IMG/VR virus record: IMGVR_UViG_3300037010_002844
Location: 245,434-309,433 of that record
Strand: one strand, 5' to 3'
DNA: 64,000 bases
Both the position numbers and the translations under genes were made by a program. Positions within the stretch are counted from its first letter, which is position 1. Each line of letters begins with the position of its first letter. This document shows positions 48,799-59,026 of this stretch, in pieces. The notes under the pieces are model-generated. The model ran no database searches, was not told the DNA's origin, and saw nothing but the letters and a program-made list of their open reading frames with translations.

Positions 48799-49009
48799 GC
48801 AAGTAACTATCGAGTCAGTTCTGCCCAACGTGCCTCGAGAAACCGAGAGTACACTAACAACGCTAGACCATAGCACCCGACGTGGGATATCGTTGGCCTC
48901 GACCAGCAACGTCTCACCCGATTCTGTGACGCCCATGTCTAGGACGTAAGTGGCCGCGTACGTGTTGGTATCATCCGGGAAGTTTCTTGTCGAGCATGTC
49001 TCATCGTAT

Positions 49010-49450
49010 CTAACGCGAGGCCAGCATTACACCGATGAGGACCAGGCCGATGCCAATCACTGACTTCAATGATGGTTGCTCGCCCAGGAACAACGCCGAC
49101 AACATCAAGGTGATAATGGGTGACGCCGAGCCCAATGCGCTGACGAGCCCCACGTCGTTGCGAATCTGCAGGGCATACATGAAGGCGATGGAGCCCACGA
49201 TGTTCAAGCAGACCGCCGCGATCGACCACAACATCCCGCGAGCGTCCCAGTCATTGTGTTGGACGAGATTCTGTTGGAGCAGGGCTAGATACAACGGGAT
49301 CAATGCTGCGTGGATGATTCCCGAGATGGCCTCGAATTGCAGAGGGCGCAGACGATTCAGCGCAACCTTGCGCATCAACGTGACGATGCCGAAGACGACC
49401 GTGGAAAAGCCGATCAACAGCGCCCGCTCTCGGGAGATTGGATCGCTCAC
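49010..49450 (-). CDS. EamA/DMT-family small transporter
   Basis: About 5 TMs, SPIIT..LS.LFLGE.......GI.LVLIGV. Confidence 0.85.
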   Translation of the reverse strand: MSDPISRERALLIGFSTVVFGIVTLMRKVALNRLRPLQFEAISGIIHAALIPLYLALLQQNLVQHNDWDARGMLWSIAAVCLNIVGSIAFMYALQIRNDVGLVSALGSASPIITLMLSALFLGEQPSLKSVIGIGLVLIGVMLASR

Positions 49451-49469
49451 TTAATGAAGTATCCCGACG

Positions 49470-49904
49470 TCAGCCTGGAACTCGAACATCGATGTTGATC
49501 CACCACGGGGGCATCGGCGGTTGCACGCTGAACTTCACGTGGATCTCACCTGATTCTGCAGGATGCGATTCAAAGATGACGCCGTTACCTCGACCGTCGT
49601 TGGAGACGATCAATGCCTTGATGTTTCCCAATTTGTCCAAGACTGGGTCGCCGGGCGCAGCGCCCAGCTCTAGGTCGTTGACCTCGCGTAGGGCCGGCAC
49701 GCGACCCGCCCTGACAGATTCGATCTTGAATTTGTTGATGGTGCCACCGGTGACGAGGTTGTGCAGCGTCGAATTTACGGCGCTCTGGATGGCGCCCACG
49801 TTGAACGCCTTGTCAGGACCGAGGATATAGTTGTTGCACGTCCTCTTGACGAGGTCAGCGACCAACTTTCGAACGCGAGCAGTCTCGAGTTCAACTGACG
49901 CCAT
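49470..49904 (-). CDS. Hypothetical protein
   Basis: 144 aa, SD upstream. Confidence 0.6.
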   Translation of the reverse strand: MASVELETARVRKLVADLVKRTCNNYILGPDKAFNVGAIQSAVNSTLHNLVTGGTINKFKIESVRAGRVPALREVNDLELGAAPGDPVLDKLGNIKALIVSNDGRGNGVIFESHPAESGEIHVKFSVQPPMPPWWINIDVRVPG

Positions 49905-49952
49905 CACAGTTCCTCTCTTTCCTCTCCACTCCGTCCATGAGAGCATCGTACA

Positions 49953-51239
49953 TCAGCCGGTCTCAAATAGACTGACGTAACGCTGTGCCACACGGTCCCA
50001 CGTGTTTTCGTCAATGTAACGCAGCTGACGTTCCACCTGATCATGGCGCGCCAACGGGTTCGAAAACATCCTGTCGAGCGCCTCAGCGAGCGCCTCGGGC
50101 GTGTCAGCCTTGAGGGTGGGCACGTCAGAAAAGTGGTTGACGTTGGTGGTGACCACAGGGGCACACTTCGCCATCGCATAGCGTGCGGCGCCCGAGACGC
50201 CGAAGACCTCGTGAGCGGGGTGCGAGACGTACGGGAAGATGACGGCAGCGTTCGTCCGAATGTATGAGTCCAAGGCGGCATCGCTCTGGTAGCCCCTGAT
50301 GATCGCCACGTTATCGCGGAGGCCCAGGGAATCAACGAGGCGCATCAGCTCATCGTAGTAGACCTGGTGCTCGACGGCGTTGAAGGGCGACTCAGAGAAC
50401 AGGCCTGTGAAGAAAACGTCCTCGTATTTCTTCTTGAGTTCCGCGGCAGCTCGAATCGACAGTTCCCAACCTTTATAGCGAAAGCCGAAGCCGAACTGCA
50501 TGAAGGTGTGATCAGACTTGTAGAAGTTCCACAGGCGTTCCTTGGAATCGACGGGCTGGCAACCGTGTGGGATGACAGTGACCTTGCCGGGCACGCCCTT
50601 TTCTTCCTTGAGGACCTTTGCTGCGCCCTCGAGGTGGACGACGATCTCTGGAATCGCGGCCTCAACGATCGTCTTGTCGCGGTGGTGAAAAACGCTGTGC
50701 ATTGTGACAACGGGCCGCGTCCACTGCGACAGCCGCGCCATAAAGGGCAGCCACCGGCTGGCATCGGGCCAGATGCCGAACTCGTGTTGAATCCAGACGA
50801 TATCGGGAGCATACGCCTCGAGCTCGCGCTCCAGATCGGCCAAAGATTCGCCACGCTTCCAACAGGAGACGACCTTCTCGTGAGGAAGCAACACTTCGCC
50901 CATCACATGGACGGGCCCAGTCGGCTTGTCATTGCGCTCGATGAACAGCTTGAAGTCACCCACGCGGCGGGCGACCGCGGGCCACAGTTGCTCAGAGTAG
51001 GTGGCGATGCCGCAGCGCATCTTCCAGTTGCCGACGAACGCCACGCGCAGGTGTTTGGCAGGCCTGAAGACCTGCCGCGAGACCAGGTGACCGTTGTTGA
51101 CACGGTAGCCCGTGATCAATTCTGCGTTGGTCAACCCGTCGAGGCCTTCAGGAACCTCGATGACCGTCAGATTGGGACCGCTGAACCGGTGCGTTGACAC
51201 CGTAACAATGTGATCACCTCGAGCGCCAATCCACCTCAT
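49953..51239 (-). CDS. GT4-family glycosyltransferase
   Basis: CGIATYS, PDIVWIQHEFGI, IPHG, FGF...KG, FPY......SGA...AMA...PVVTT. Confidence 0.9.
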   Translation of the reverse strand: MRWIGARGDHIVTVSTHRFSGPNLTVIEVPEGLDGLTNAELITGYRVNNGHLVSRQVFRPAKHLRVAFVGNWKMRCGIATYSEQLWPAVARRVGDFKLFIERNDKPTGPVHVMGEVLLPHEKVVSCWKRGESLADLERELEAYAPDIVWIQHEFGIWPDASRWLPFMARLSQWTRPVVTMHSVFHHRDKTIVEAAIPEIVVHLEGAAKVLKEEKGVPGKVTVIPHGCQPVDSKERLWNFYKSDHTFMQFGFGFRYKGWELSIRAAAELKKKYEDVFFTGLFSESPFNAVEHQVYYDELMRLVDSLGLRDNVAIIRGYQSDAALDSYIRTNAAVIFPYVSHPAHEVFGVSGAARYAMAKCAPVVTTNVNHFSDVPTLKADTPEALAEALDRMFSNPLARHDQVERQLRYIDENTWDRVAQRYVSLFETG

Positions 51240-52282
51240 TTGACCTCCAGACCATCGATGAAAGATCTCACTGCTGCATCGTATCCATCGGTGGGAGGAA
51301 CGTACTGCTCACCTGAGAGCAACAATTTTCTGAACGCAACGTGAAGGTCTGCCTTGGAGATGGCGTTGAATGGCACCGCTGCAGTGGGTTGAAAGTGCTC
51401 GTCCGGCCTCAACTTGTCATGGTGGTGAATCGACAGGCATGGAACGTTGGCCATCCTCGACAGAATCGCGCCGTGAAATCTCTGTGAGATGACAGCGCGG
51501 TACGAGGAAATCGTGGCGGTGGCGACCGTCGACAGCGTCGACAGTGTCTTGCCCCTCAGGAACTGGGTACGGCGATTCCGCATGCGACCGATGATCTCAG
51601 CCGCAGGCCAGGCATCGTCCTGATATGGGTTAAGGCAGCAACCGACGAACTCGGGCAACCAGCCGTCCGCGACGATGTCGTCGAGAAACTGCGCAAACTC
51701 ATTCTTGAACAATTCCCAACCCACGTGAGACCAGTGAGGGCCCGTGTGGTCAGGAACCGTCTCCACGTTGGGAAGAACCAACAGGCGTTTCGACGAGGCC
51801 CAGGAACTGTTCTGAACGGCGCGGAAGGAAGGCAGGGTGAAGACCGCATCAGGCAATGAGACCCAAGCGTCAGTAATTCCTAGCTGTTGCTTGATCTGGT
51901 CGCCCCTCGCTACCGACGAGCGGTGGACAACCAGGCGAGCGCGCTTGAGCAGCTCATGGTGACCGTGGTGAATGCTGGTCTCAAGGCCGACGGAGACATA
52001 AGCCAGCGGCATATATGCCATGTCGATGCTGGGATCAATGTCGGGCGGACCGTCCAGCAGCGAGCCTCCACCGATGATGAGGCCGTGCAGGCCCGCAGCG
52101 GTCCGCGGGGTTAACGTGCCCGACAGCGGAACAGGTTCGGCACCGGCGGCCTGGATCTGGTTGCAGATAGCAGCGCGGAGCAACTCGTCACCGACGTTGC
52201 CCCGCCCGATCCATCCCAGGACGCCGACCCTCAGGGCGCGGTGATGCTCCACTTGACCGTCCTCGGGTATGCCACACGCCAC
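51236..52282 (-). CDS. Polysaccharide pyruvyl transferase (true start may be internal)
   Basis: GW.GRGNVGDE, IIGGGSL, PDAVF, SQRFHGAILS....VP. Confidence 0.85.
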   Translation of the reverse strand: MACGIPEDGQVEHHRALRVGVLGWIGRGNVGDELLRAAICNQIQAAGAEPVPLSGTLTPRTAAGLHGLIIGGGSLLDGPPDIDPSIDMAYMPLAYVSVGLETSIHHGHHELLKRARLVVHRSSVARGDQIKQQLGITDAWVSLPDAVFTLPSFRAVQNSSWASSKRLLVLPNVETVPDHTGPHWSHVGWELFKNEFAQFLDDIVADGWLPEFVGCCLNPYQDDAWPAAEIIGRMRNRRTQFLRGKTLSTLSTVATATISSYRAVISQRFHGAILSRMANVPCLSIHHHDKLRPDEHFQPTAAVPFNAISKADLHVAFRKLLLSGEQYVPPTDGYDAAVRSFIDGLEVK

Positions 52283-52584
52283 TTGATCCGCAGGACCAGG
52301 ATGTCCTTCTGATCGTGGTGCGGGTGGTGGCTATGGTGCTCGTGTGAGTGACACGGGCGAACGACAACCTCCCAGTCGAGCCAGTCATCGTCTGACCCGT
52401 CGGGATTGCAGGGGTAACAGCCTTCTTCAATCGGGCCGAGGTCCACCTTGATGTGTTGTTCAGGGTGGTGATAGACACCGCGAGAACGAATCAGGTCATC
52501 CTCAATGTCAACCTCGCCGGTGCCGACCGCGAGAACCTCTCCTCTGACTGTAGTCCTCATGATGACCCTACCTTTTGAACCCAT
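52231..52584 (-). CDS. Hypothetical His-rich protein
   Basis: 117 aa; ATACTTA upstream. Confidence 0.6.
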   Translation of the reverse strand: MGSKGRVIMRTTVRGEVLAVGTGEVDIEDDLIRSRGVYHHPEQHIKVDLGPIEEGCYPCNPDGSDDDWLDWEVVVRPCHSHEHHSHHPHHDQKDILVLRIKWRVAYPRTVKWSITAP

Positions 52585-52611
52585 GGAGATGATAAGTATC
52601 GTCCTTCTTCC

Positions 52612-53106
52612 TCAGGGAGAGGTCAGGTGCCGCGAACGAACGTACAACCTTTGTTGCGCCCTGGCGCCGTTGCGGTACTGTTGCAGGTCTTCCATCATGA
52701 CGGAAAACATCTCGACTGTGCAGTCGTTGTCCTCGAGGGCGCGCTGAAAGGCCTCGGCGACCTCACCGTCCTCAAAGATGCCGATGATCCCATCGAATGC
52801 GCCCTCGATGGCGTCCTTTGCCTCCTTCAGGCCGCAACCCGTGTACTCACGGATGATCTTGATGGAAGCGATCTTCTTTGCAGGGTCGAAGTTCGTCAGC
52901 CTGACGATACACGGGGTCTGGCCCAGGTTGAACATCCGCGAGATGGCCATGCCGGTGAACTTGAACCACTCGGCGATTTTGATAAGCTCCACGTCATCGG
53001 CGAAGGTGATCCAACGTCCGTCTTCTTCTGAGCCGACTGAAAACGAAATGCGCAGGCGTGTGGAACGTGGGCGGTGCTCGCCCGACTGCAGGTCATTGTC
53101 GTTCAT
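52612..53106 (-). CDS. Protein with ribosomal bL12 (L7/L12) C-terminal domain
   Basis: KKIASIKIIREYTGCGLKEAKDAIEG...AE.F..ALE. Confidence 0.82.
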   Translation of the reverse strand: MNDNDLQSGEHRPRSTRLRISFSVGSEEDGRWITFADDVELIKIAEWFKFTGMAISRMFNLGQTPCIVRLTNFDPAKKIASIKIIREYTGCGLKEAKDAIEGAFDGIIGIFEDGEVAEAFQRALEDNDCTVEMFSVMMEDLQQYRNGARAQQRLYVRSRHLTSP

Positions 53107-53694
53107 TTCAAAATAATACCTCAGGTTGATGTCAATATTCACTGCAGCGCGTCTCAGTGACCAACACAGCATCTCGTGTATAAAGATGAGTTCCATGGGG
53201 AACCATCTTTGAGCTTCTCTTGCAACTTAATGCCGCTAAGCGCGATGGGGCCGATGGCGATGCATTATGCCTCATCTTCGTACTCACCGAAGCCCTCTAG
53301 GTCATAGAGGCCGTCGTTGCCATTGATGCGTTTGCCCTTAACATCAAATGGATGTAGGACGAAAGTGCAGATGGACGCGGCGCAGGTAGAGTACAACAGG
53401 CCTGAACATACGAATTTATCACCGCGCAGTTAGGTGACCAATCAATCGACTTTTCGACTAATTTCCGAGGGTCTCTCACGAGGGTTGGCGCCATGGGATG
53501 CATGGGCTTGCCCTTATAGGTGTACAAGACCCTAAGCGCGTCAATACGGACCGGTCATCCACGTGAATAGCTCAACTGAGCCTTTCACTGCGAATACGTC
53601 TCTCATCGGGCAGGCCAGTGAGTGAGCGCAGTCCTTGATGATTCCATGAAACCCGCGTGCCCACCATCATATCACCGCGCGAGATGGTGAACTT

Positions 53695-53979
53695 TCATCG
53701 ACCCCGCGAGCCGGATCCCATGACGTAGAGCATCGAACCCGTCAGCAGGCCATTTTCGACCGCGATGATGGCAGGAGGGGTCTCAGGATCGCGGGACCAC
53801 GAGGCCGAGACGAAATCGCGGCCGCGATGAGTCACAGAACCTGAGGGAATGGCACCTTCAGGGATGCCCAACCTGAGGCCCTGCAGCTTCCAGGGCACCG
53901 TCAGTAGAGAGCCCGACAGAACACAAGGTGGGTTCCAGCAGCCGTTCCAGAGCAGATGATGTACCACGGGAAAAGACAT
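53695..53979 (-). CDS. Hypothetical protein
   Basis: ATACTTA 5 nt upstream of ATG. Confidence 0.55.
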   Translation of the reverse strand: MSFPVVHHLLWNGCWNPPCVLSGSLLTVPWKLQGLRLGIPEGAIPSGSVTHRGRDFVSASWSRDPETPPAIIAVENGLLTGSMLYVMGSGSRGR

Positions 53980-54028
53980 GCCTCTAAGTATGGCCCGACC
54001 ACATGATCAAGAAGCGCTCGTCTCATCG

Positions 54029-54370
54029 TCATTCTGCGGCCTTGACGGTGCTGCGCAGCTCGCGGTCTGCATCACAGGCGAGCTCGCGTGTAAAGTGGTC
54101 GGCCTGATCCAACAGTGCCTCAACCGCGAACCAAAGATCCAACGAGTCTCGCGATTCGCAGAGGCTAAGTAGCTGGCCTGCATACCACTCGAGGGTCTCG
54201 CGGGATCCCTCTGCCAGCTTGCGGCCCACATGGGCTCCAGGAGTGAAGCCCAGGGTCCGCAGGGAGTAGGCGGCTAGGTCACGGGCCTCGGGCCCGTGGA
54301 GACTTAACAGCGAACACGTTAGGAGGACGTCGGTCCTGAGGAGCTGCTCTTCACGGGTGTGGTTGACCAT
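54029..54370 (-). CDS. Hypothetical protein
   Basis: 113 aa, promoter-like motif upstream. Confidence 0.6.
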   Translation of the reverse strand: MVNHTREEQLLRTDVLLTCSLLSLHGPEARDLAAYSLRTLGFTPGAHVGRKLAEGSRETLEWYAGQLLSLCESRDSLDLWFAVEALLDQADHFTRELACDADRELRSTVKAAE

Positions 54371-54559
54371 GTTTCATGTGTATCCCATGTTGGTGCACAG
54401 TTTCACAGGAGGGCACTTGAATTTTCTCGAAAAATCCCGCGTGAAATTTGCGCACAGTGGGCCCAGAGGGAAAGGCAGTTCGATCGGGAAATTGCCTGCG
54501 TCGTATGTGATGCCTTAGCGCGGGAGGCCTCCCGAGAAGGCCCCACAAAGGCTGCCAGA

Positions 54560-54695
54560 AGGGGCGGGGCCCCGCCCCCTATTTAGGGGGCCATTTAGGG
54601 GGTCCCGAAGGGGCCCTTTTAGGGGGCTGAAATAGGGGGCCCTGATGGCCCCGTTGAAGAGCCCCTCTCGCGGGTGGGGCCGGCGCCCCCCCCCA
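54560..54695. repeat. GC-rich non-coding region with four TAGGGGG repeats and palindromes
   Basis: TAGGGGG at 54584, 54596, 54620, 54633; GGGGCGGGGCCCCGCCCC palindrome. Confidence 0.7.
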
Positions 54696-55335
54696 CGTCA
54701 CTAGATCATCTCCACGTTGTGGCGGACAGCGAACCATGTCGTACATGACGGTGTCGGTCCCCGGTGCCGCGTGTAGTGACCCTCCGTCAGGAAGACTTCC
54801 TCATCGCGATGGCAGCGGCACGTCGCGGTTCGCTGAGGCACTACGACAGTGACCGGAAGAGGTGTGGTTGTCTCCGTCGTCATCTGTAATTGCTACTCGC
54901 AGGAAGAATTGTCTACTGCTGAACGAGCGTGGCAGCTCGAGACCGGATGCTTCGAGCTCGCAATGGCTTCACGGGCACCGCGGCTCCTACGAGGCGACCG
55001 TCACTGCCGGGCGAAAGGGTGGCGACCCTCTGACTGCCATGATGAAGAGCACGTCTCCGCTCGCCGGCCTGTCGCCCGAAGAACGGAGAGAGTACTTCCG
55101 AGCCGCCGGCGGGGCGCGGCAAAGAGCAGGCAACACACCTGAGTCGTGCTCAGTCATTGAAGACGACGATGTAAAAGCGGCAGCAACTCCCCGCCTCTCG
55201 CGCTGACCGCGACGGCGGACCCTCAGGGTCGACTGGAACTCGGGTACATCATCTGCTGCTGGGCGGCTTCCATGATCTCTATCCAGACACCCCAAATCAG
55301 TCGGGAGACTTGCGCGGTCTTCGGCGCACCCTGCG

Positions 55336-55614
55336 TCACCAGTTCTCCACGTTGTAGCGGACAGAGGAGACCAGCCGCTCGCCGCCCAGCGGACCAACGC
55401 GGACCAGGTCGTACGTGACCACGTCGGCCCCTCGGCGCCGCGTGGAGTGGAACGCCTTGGCCGCCGACTTAGCCTCGGCCTCCGTGGCGTGGCCCTCCGT
55501 CAGGAAGACTTCCTCATCGCGGCAGCAGTCCTCCTCGTGGCCGCAGCACGGGCAGCAGAGGCACTCGTAGTAGCCCTTGACCTTGTACGTGACCGGCTTG
55601 GTGTTCTTGCTCAT
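55336..55614 (-). CDS. Cys-rich early protein
   Basis: CLCCPCCGHEEDCC; leaderless promoter. Confidence 0.65.
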   Translation of the reverse strand: MSKNTKPVTYKVKGYYECLCCPCCGHEEDCCRDEEVFLTEGHATEAEAKSAAKAFHSTRRRGADVVTYDLVRVGPLGGERLVSSVRYNVENW

Positions 55615-55646
55615 GATCCAGTTATATCCGGTTCGCTGTTGAAGAT

Positions 55647-56294
55647 TCACCGAGCCTCCAGGTGCCGCGGGTCGATCCAGTCGCCCTGGGCATTGCGGTC
55701 CCGCCAGCTGGCGTCCGGCTTCAGCAGCACGCGGCCGCTGTGGTGGATGTAGGCGATGGTGCCCAGCGTCCCGGGCTTCACCTTGCTGCCGCTCTTGACC
55801 CGCATCTGCTTGCCCACCTCGGGGCGGTCACGGGCTTCCTTCAGCCTGCGGGCCTGCTCTTCTGCTTCCCGCTTCGCCTGCTTCTCAGCGGCTTCCTTGG
55901 CGTTCTGTTCCTGGATCGCGGTCCATGCCTCCAGGTCCTGGAACAGTTCCGGGATCGCCAGCGCGATGTAGTCGACCGAGGGCTCGCGGTGGGGCAAGCC
56001 ACGCCAGGTGAAGATGTTGGTGCAGTCGACCCAGGCGAACCGGTCGGCGGGAGCGAGCTGCACCACAGGATTGGTCTCGGACTCGGGCAGCCCGGATATC
56101 GTTGTTTGCTCCCGCCCGAGCCAGACCAGCGCCTCCGTGACGGTGCAGCTGCGGAAGTCCGTGTAGTCGAGCGTGTCCGAGAAGTTCCGGATGGCCACGT
56201 AGCTGCGAACCTTGACAACACGCCCGAGGTGGGTAATCTCAGACCGCTCGACGTTGCCGGTGTTCGGATTGGCGTAGGTCTCGATGATCGGCAT
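55647..56294 (-). CDS. Early protein with coiled coil and C-terminal SH3/KOW-like domain
   Basis: GTGCAA-N18-TAGACT-N6-ATG; 215 aa. Confidence 0.75.
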   Translation of the reverse strand: MPIIETYANPNTGNVERSEITHLGRVVKVRSYVAIRNFSDTLDYTDFRSCTVTEALVWLGREQTTISGLPESETNPVVQLAPADRFAWVDCTNIFTWRGLPHREPSVDYIALAIPELFQDLEAWTAIQEQNAKEAAEKQAKREAEEQARRLKEARDRPEVGKQMRVKSGSKVKPGTLGTIAYIHHSGRVLLKPDASWRDRNAQGDWIDPRHLEAR

Positions 56295-56935
56295 GAGTCT
56301 AGTCTACCACGATCGCCCCGCACATTGCACAGATTTCCGCGACAATTCTCCAGAGGACCGTGAAGCCGACACCTCCCGTGAGGCAGCCTCGCAGTCGGAG
56401 TTCGGACCCGTCACGGGAGGCGAACCCGGGAAAGAAGCATAGACGTCGATCGTCCCGCCGCGGTGCCTGAAGTGGCGACTTCCATGATCGTCGCACCTTC
56501 TCATTGCCTCGCGGCGTATCTCCAGATACGGATCTCTGTCTCTATCTCTGTCTCTGCCCAGCTGACGTTGTGGACCGTGGACCAAGCACACATTGACCGT
56601 AAGGGTCACCCGGACGTTCTTAGAGTCCGCGCCACGATGGAGGCAGTCTTCTTAACAGCGGGCTTCTTGACCGTGTTTAGATCATGTCTCACGCCGCCCG
56701 TGGAGATTCACAGTCAGTCTGCGTTCCATTGTCCCGTCTTTACCATGTGCTTGACCAGCGAGCCGAGCTTCGTCTGCGGCTTCTCGTTCAAGACAAGAAA
56801 GGCATAGATGATCAGAACGCAGGCTCCCGCTGCAAGCAATCGCTTACTATCGTCCGTCATTGGGCCTTGAAGAAGTCATCGACTGAGCAACCGTGGCTCT
56901 CAGCCCGCAATGCTGCCACTGCGGGCGCTCTGGCT

Positions 56936-57190
56936 CTAAGGCTCGTGGTGCGTCTGCACCGTCTTGATGTTGACGGTGACCTTCCCGCTCTCGCCCAAGG
57001 CAGTGAAGACGCGCTTGAGGCGGTCGCTCTCCTCGTCGGTGTCGAACTCGCGGTTGACGTCGATGTCATCGTCGTTGAGCGTGAAGGGGATGTTGTACTC
57101 GTTGCACAGGATCTGTAGGGCCCGAGCGAAGGAGGTCTTGCCCGAGGCGCAGGGTCCGGAGATGACGATGTTGAGGGTCCTGTTCTTCAT
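56936..57190 (-). CDS. Small protein with P-loop-like motif
   Basis: IVISGPCASGKT; 84 aa. Confidence 0.6.
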   Translation of the reverse strand: MKNRTLNIVISGPCASGKTSFARALQILCNEYNIPFTLNDDDIDVNREFDTDEESDRLKRVFTALGESGKVTVNIKTVQTHHEP

Positions 57191-57935
57191 GGCTTTACTC
57201 TATCCTATCATGTCGCAGGGTTAGTGTTCACTCAGCAACGTGCGATTCACGCTTGAAGTGGTACCACCACGTGGACCCAAGCACGATGACCGTGACCAGG
57301 TCCCAACCCTGGTCACCCTTTTCTTTCAGGAAGATCTCGAGCTTGCCATGAGGCAACTCGAGAGGACTCAGACGCATGACATTGTATTCGAAAGTCTTCA
57401 CGAGCTTGTCCTGTCTTGAGGGTCAGACGGGTTCACTTCATCATGAAGAAGATGAAGACGCTGCTGCTCACGATGAGCAGATTCATCACGATGAAAAAGA
57501 TCGTGACCTCGCGCCAATCGACGTTGCCCAGGAAGGGAGTGCGACCTTTGTTGAACATGATCTTACTGTACCACTCAAGTCAGAGGGAGTTCACAGAGGA
57601 TTCATCACAACATGTCGGGGTTCCGCTGATGATCCTATGTCCGCCTCAGGTCACAGTCGAGGCTCGGGCAGCTCTCTCTCTCCAAGTCCGTGATCCGCTG
57701 CAGTGCAATCGCAAACTGAGATTCCAGCTCTGTGACCCGGGATTCCAAGGACTTTCTCCTGCTCGCGGTCTTGAGCCTGTGCTACGTGCCCGTGAACCGG
57801 GCAGTCTGGTTCTTCCGCGATGAAGGGCCCGCGAGGCGGCGGTCCTGAGCACGTCCCTGCTTTCCATCATAAAGTCGCATCCCTCCGGCGACTCGCATGA
57901 TATCGAGCTTCCTGTGTCGCGCGCTACCTCACACA

Positions 57936-58178
57936 TCAACGCCCAGACGGGCGCGGGTTGGCGAGGCACTCGATGTCTCCACAGGTACAGTCCCAATGGA
58001 CGAACTGCATGCCCTTGATGTAGTGCCGCGTGCCCTTGCTGCGGTTGTTCTGCGAGTGCTTCACCGCCTCTTCCCAGCGGATGTGCCGCATGCGGGACTG
58101 CGGGAGGAAGACACCACCGTTGGCCTTGAAGCCACTGTCGCGGCGGATCTTGTTGCTGACACGTTCGTAGATCCTCAT
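57936..58178 (-). CDS. Early hypothetical protein
   Basis: Leaderless promoter motif. Confidence 0.65.
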   Translation of the reverse strand: MRIYERVSNKIRRDSGFKANGGVFLPQSRMRHIRWEEAVKHSQNNRSKGTRHYIKGMQFVHWDCTCGDIECLANPRPSGR

Positions 58179-58256
58179 GTCTCTACTCTACCCCGATCGC
58201 AGTTGAAGATTCACCGGGACTGAGTCACCCGGTTGAACTGTGGAACAAGGTTCATC

Positions 58257-58511
58257 TCAGTTATCGACGCGGGAGCTCAAGTAGCGGACGATTCGCTGGT
58301 ACCCGTCGACCATGCCGGTATCCGCGTCCAGGATCAGGTCGGCCAGGAAGGGATCGTGCTCGCGGAGGGCGTTCAGCATCTGGGCATAGCGATCGTCCTG
58401 CGCGGCAGCCGTAAGCTGGTCGGCCATGACGCTATGCGACGCCAACAGCTGCGTGATCGCGGTGTTGAACTCCTGTTTCGACAAGGCGGGCTTCTTGGGC
58501 TTGCTCATCAT
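58257..58511 (-). CDS. Early hypothetical protein
   Basis: Leaderless promoter motif. Confidence 0.65.
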   Translation of the reverse strand: MMSKPKKPALSKQEFNTAITQLLASHSVMADQLTAAAQDDRYAQMLNALREHDPFLADLILDADTGMVDGYQRIVRYLSSRVDN

Positions 58512-58532
58512 GGGTTAATCCTATGCTCAGAG

Positions 58533-58763
58533 CTAGGGCTTTTTCACTGTGGCACGGCAGAGGTTTCTGGTGTCCGCGGACTTGATGAACTCACACCAGC
58601 TCGGGTCCTTCTTGGTTGTCGCCAGGCAGAAGTTCCGCCCGTCGGGATCCTTGATGAACTCGCAGTTGCTCGTTGCGGCCCGCGCCGTCATCAAGAAGAG
58701 CAACACTGTCAGCCCAATCAAGGCTGCGAAGACCAGCATCAGGAACTTCTCACGGGGCATCAA
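58533..58763 (-). CDS. Small secreted Cys-repeat protein
   Basis: Signal peptide; repeated CEFIK..D.RN.C.AT. Confidence 0.65.
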   Translation of the reverse strand: MMPREKFLMLVFAALIGLTVLLFLMTARAATSNCEFIKDPDGRNFCLATTKKDPSWCEFIKSADTRNLCRATVKKP

Positions 58764-58840
58764 AATATTCTTTGATATTGTAGAATGGTTCTACACCACC
58801 TAAGCACTCGGGACCAGTCTTGAAACTGGCGCCTCTGATC

Positions 58841-59026
58841 TGGTCCCCCACCCAGGAGTCGAACCTAGTCGATTCACCGTCAACCCTGGAGGGCGCCGCT
58901 ACCCGCGAGCCTTTTTGACGATGTGGGAGAGAGTTGAAGGGAAAGTTTTTTACGAGCGTTGCATCCCAATTGCTCGAATTGAAGTGGTCTCTTTTTGATT
59001 CGGCTGGGAGACCGTGACCAGCCAGT
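58841..59026 (-). ncRNA. Pseudoknot-containing RNA ending in an anticodon-less tRNA-like domain with CCA
   Basis: Own promoter GTGAAC-N18-TAGAGT with no ATG; two H-type pseudoknots; CTCCCAC/GTGGGGG-A-CCA acceptor and CTAGG-TTCGACT-CCTGG T-arm. Confidence 0.72.

Noticed and set aside
56530-56556. (CT)-rich microsatellite TCTCTGTCTCTATCTCTGTCTCT
   Set aside because: Short low-complexity tract with no supporting context
58841-59026. Calling this RNA tmRNA (ssrA)
   Set aside because: No GGGGC 5' end or G3:U70 pair, no tag ORF, and the pseudoknots lie outside the acceptor stem
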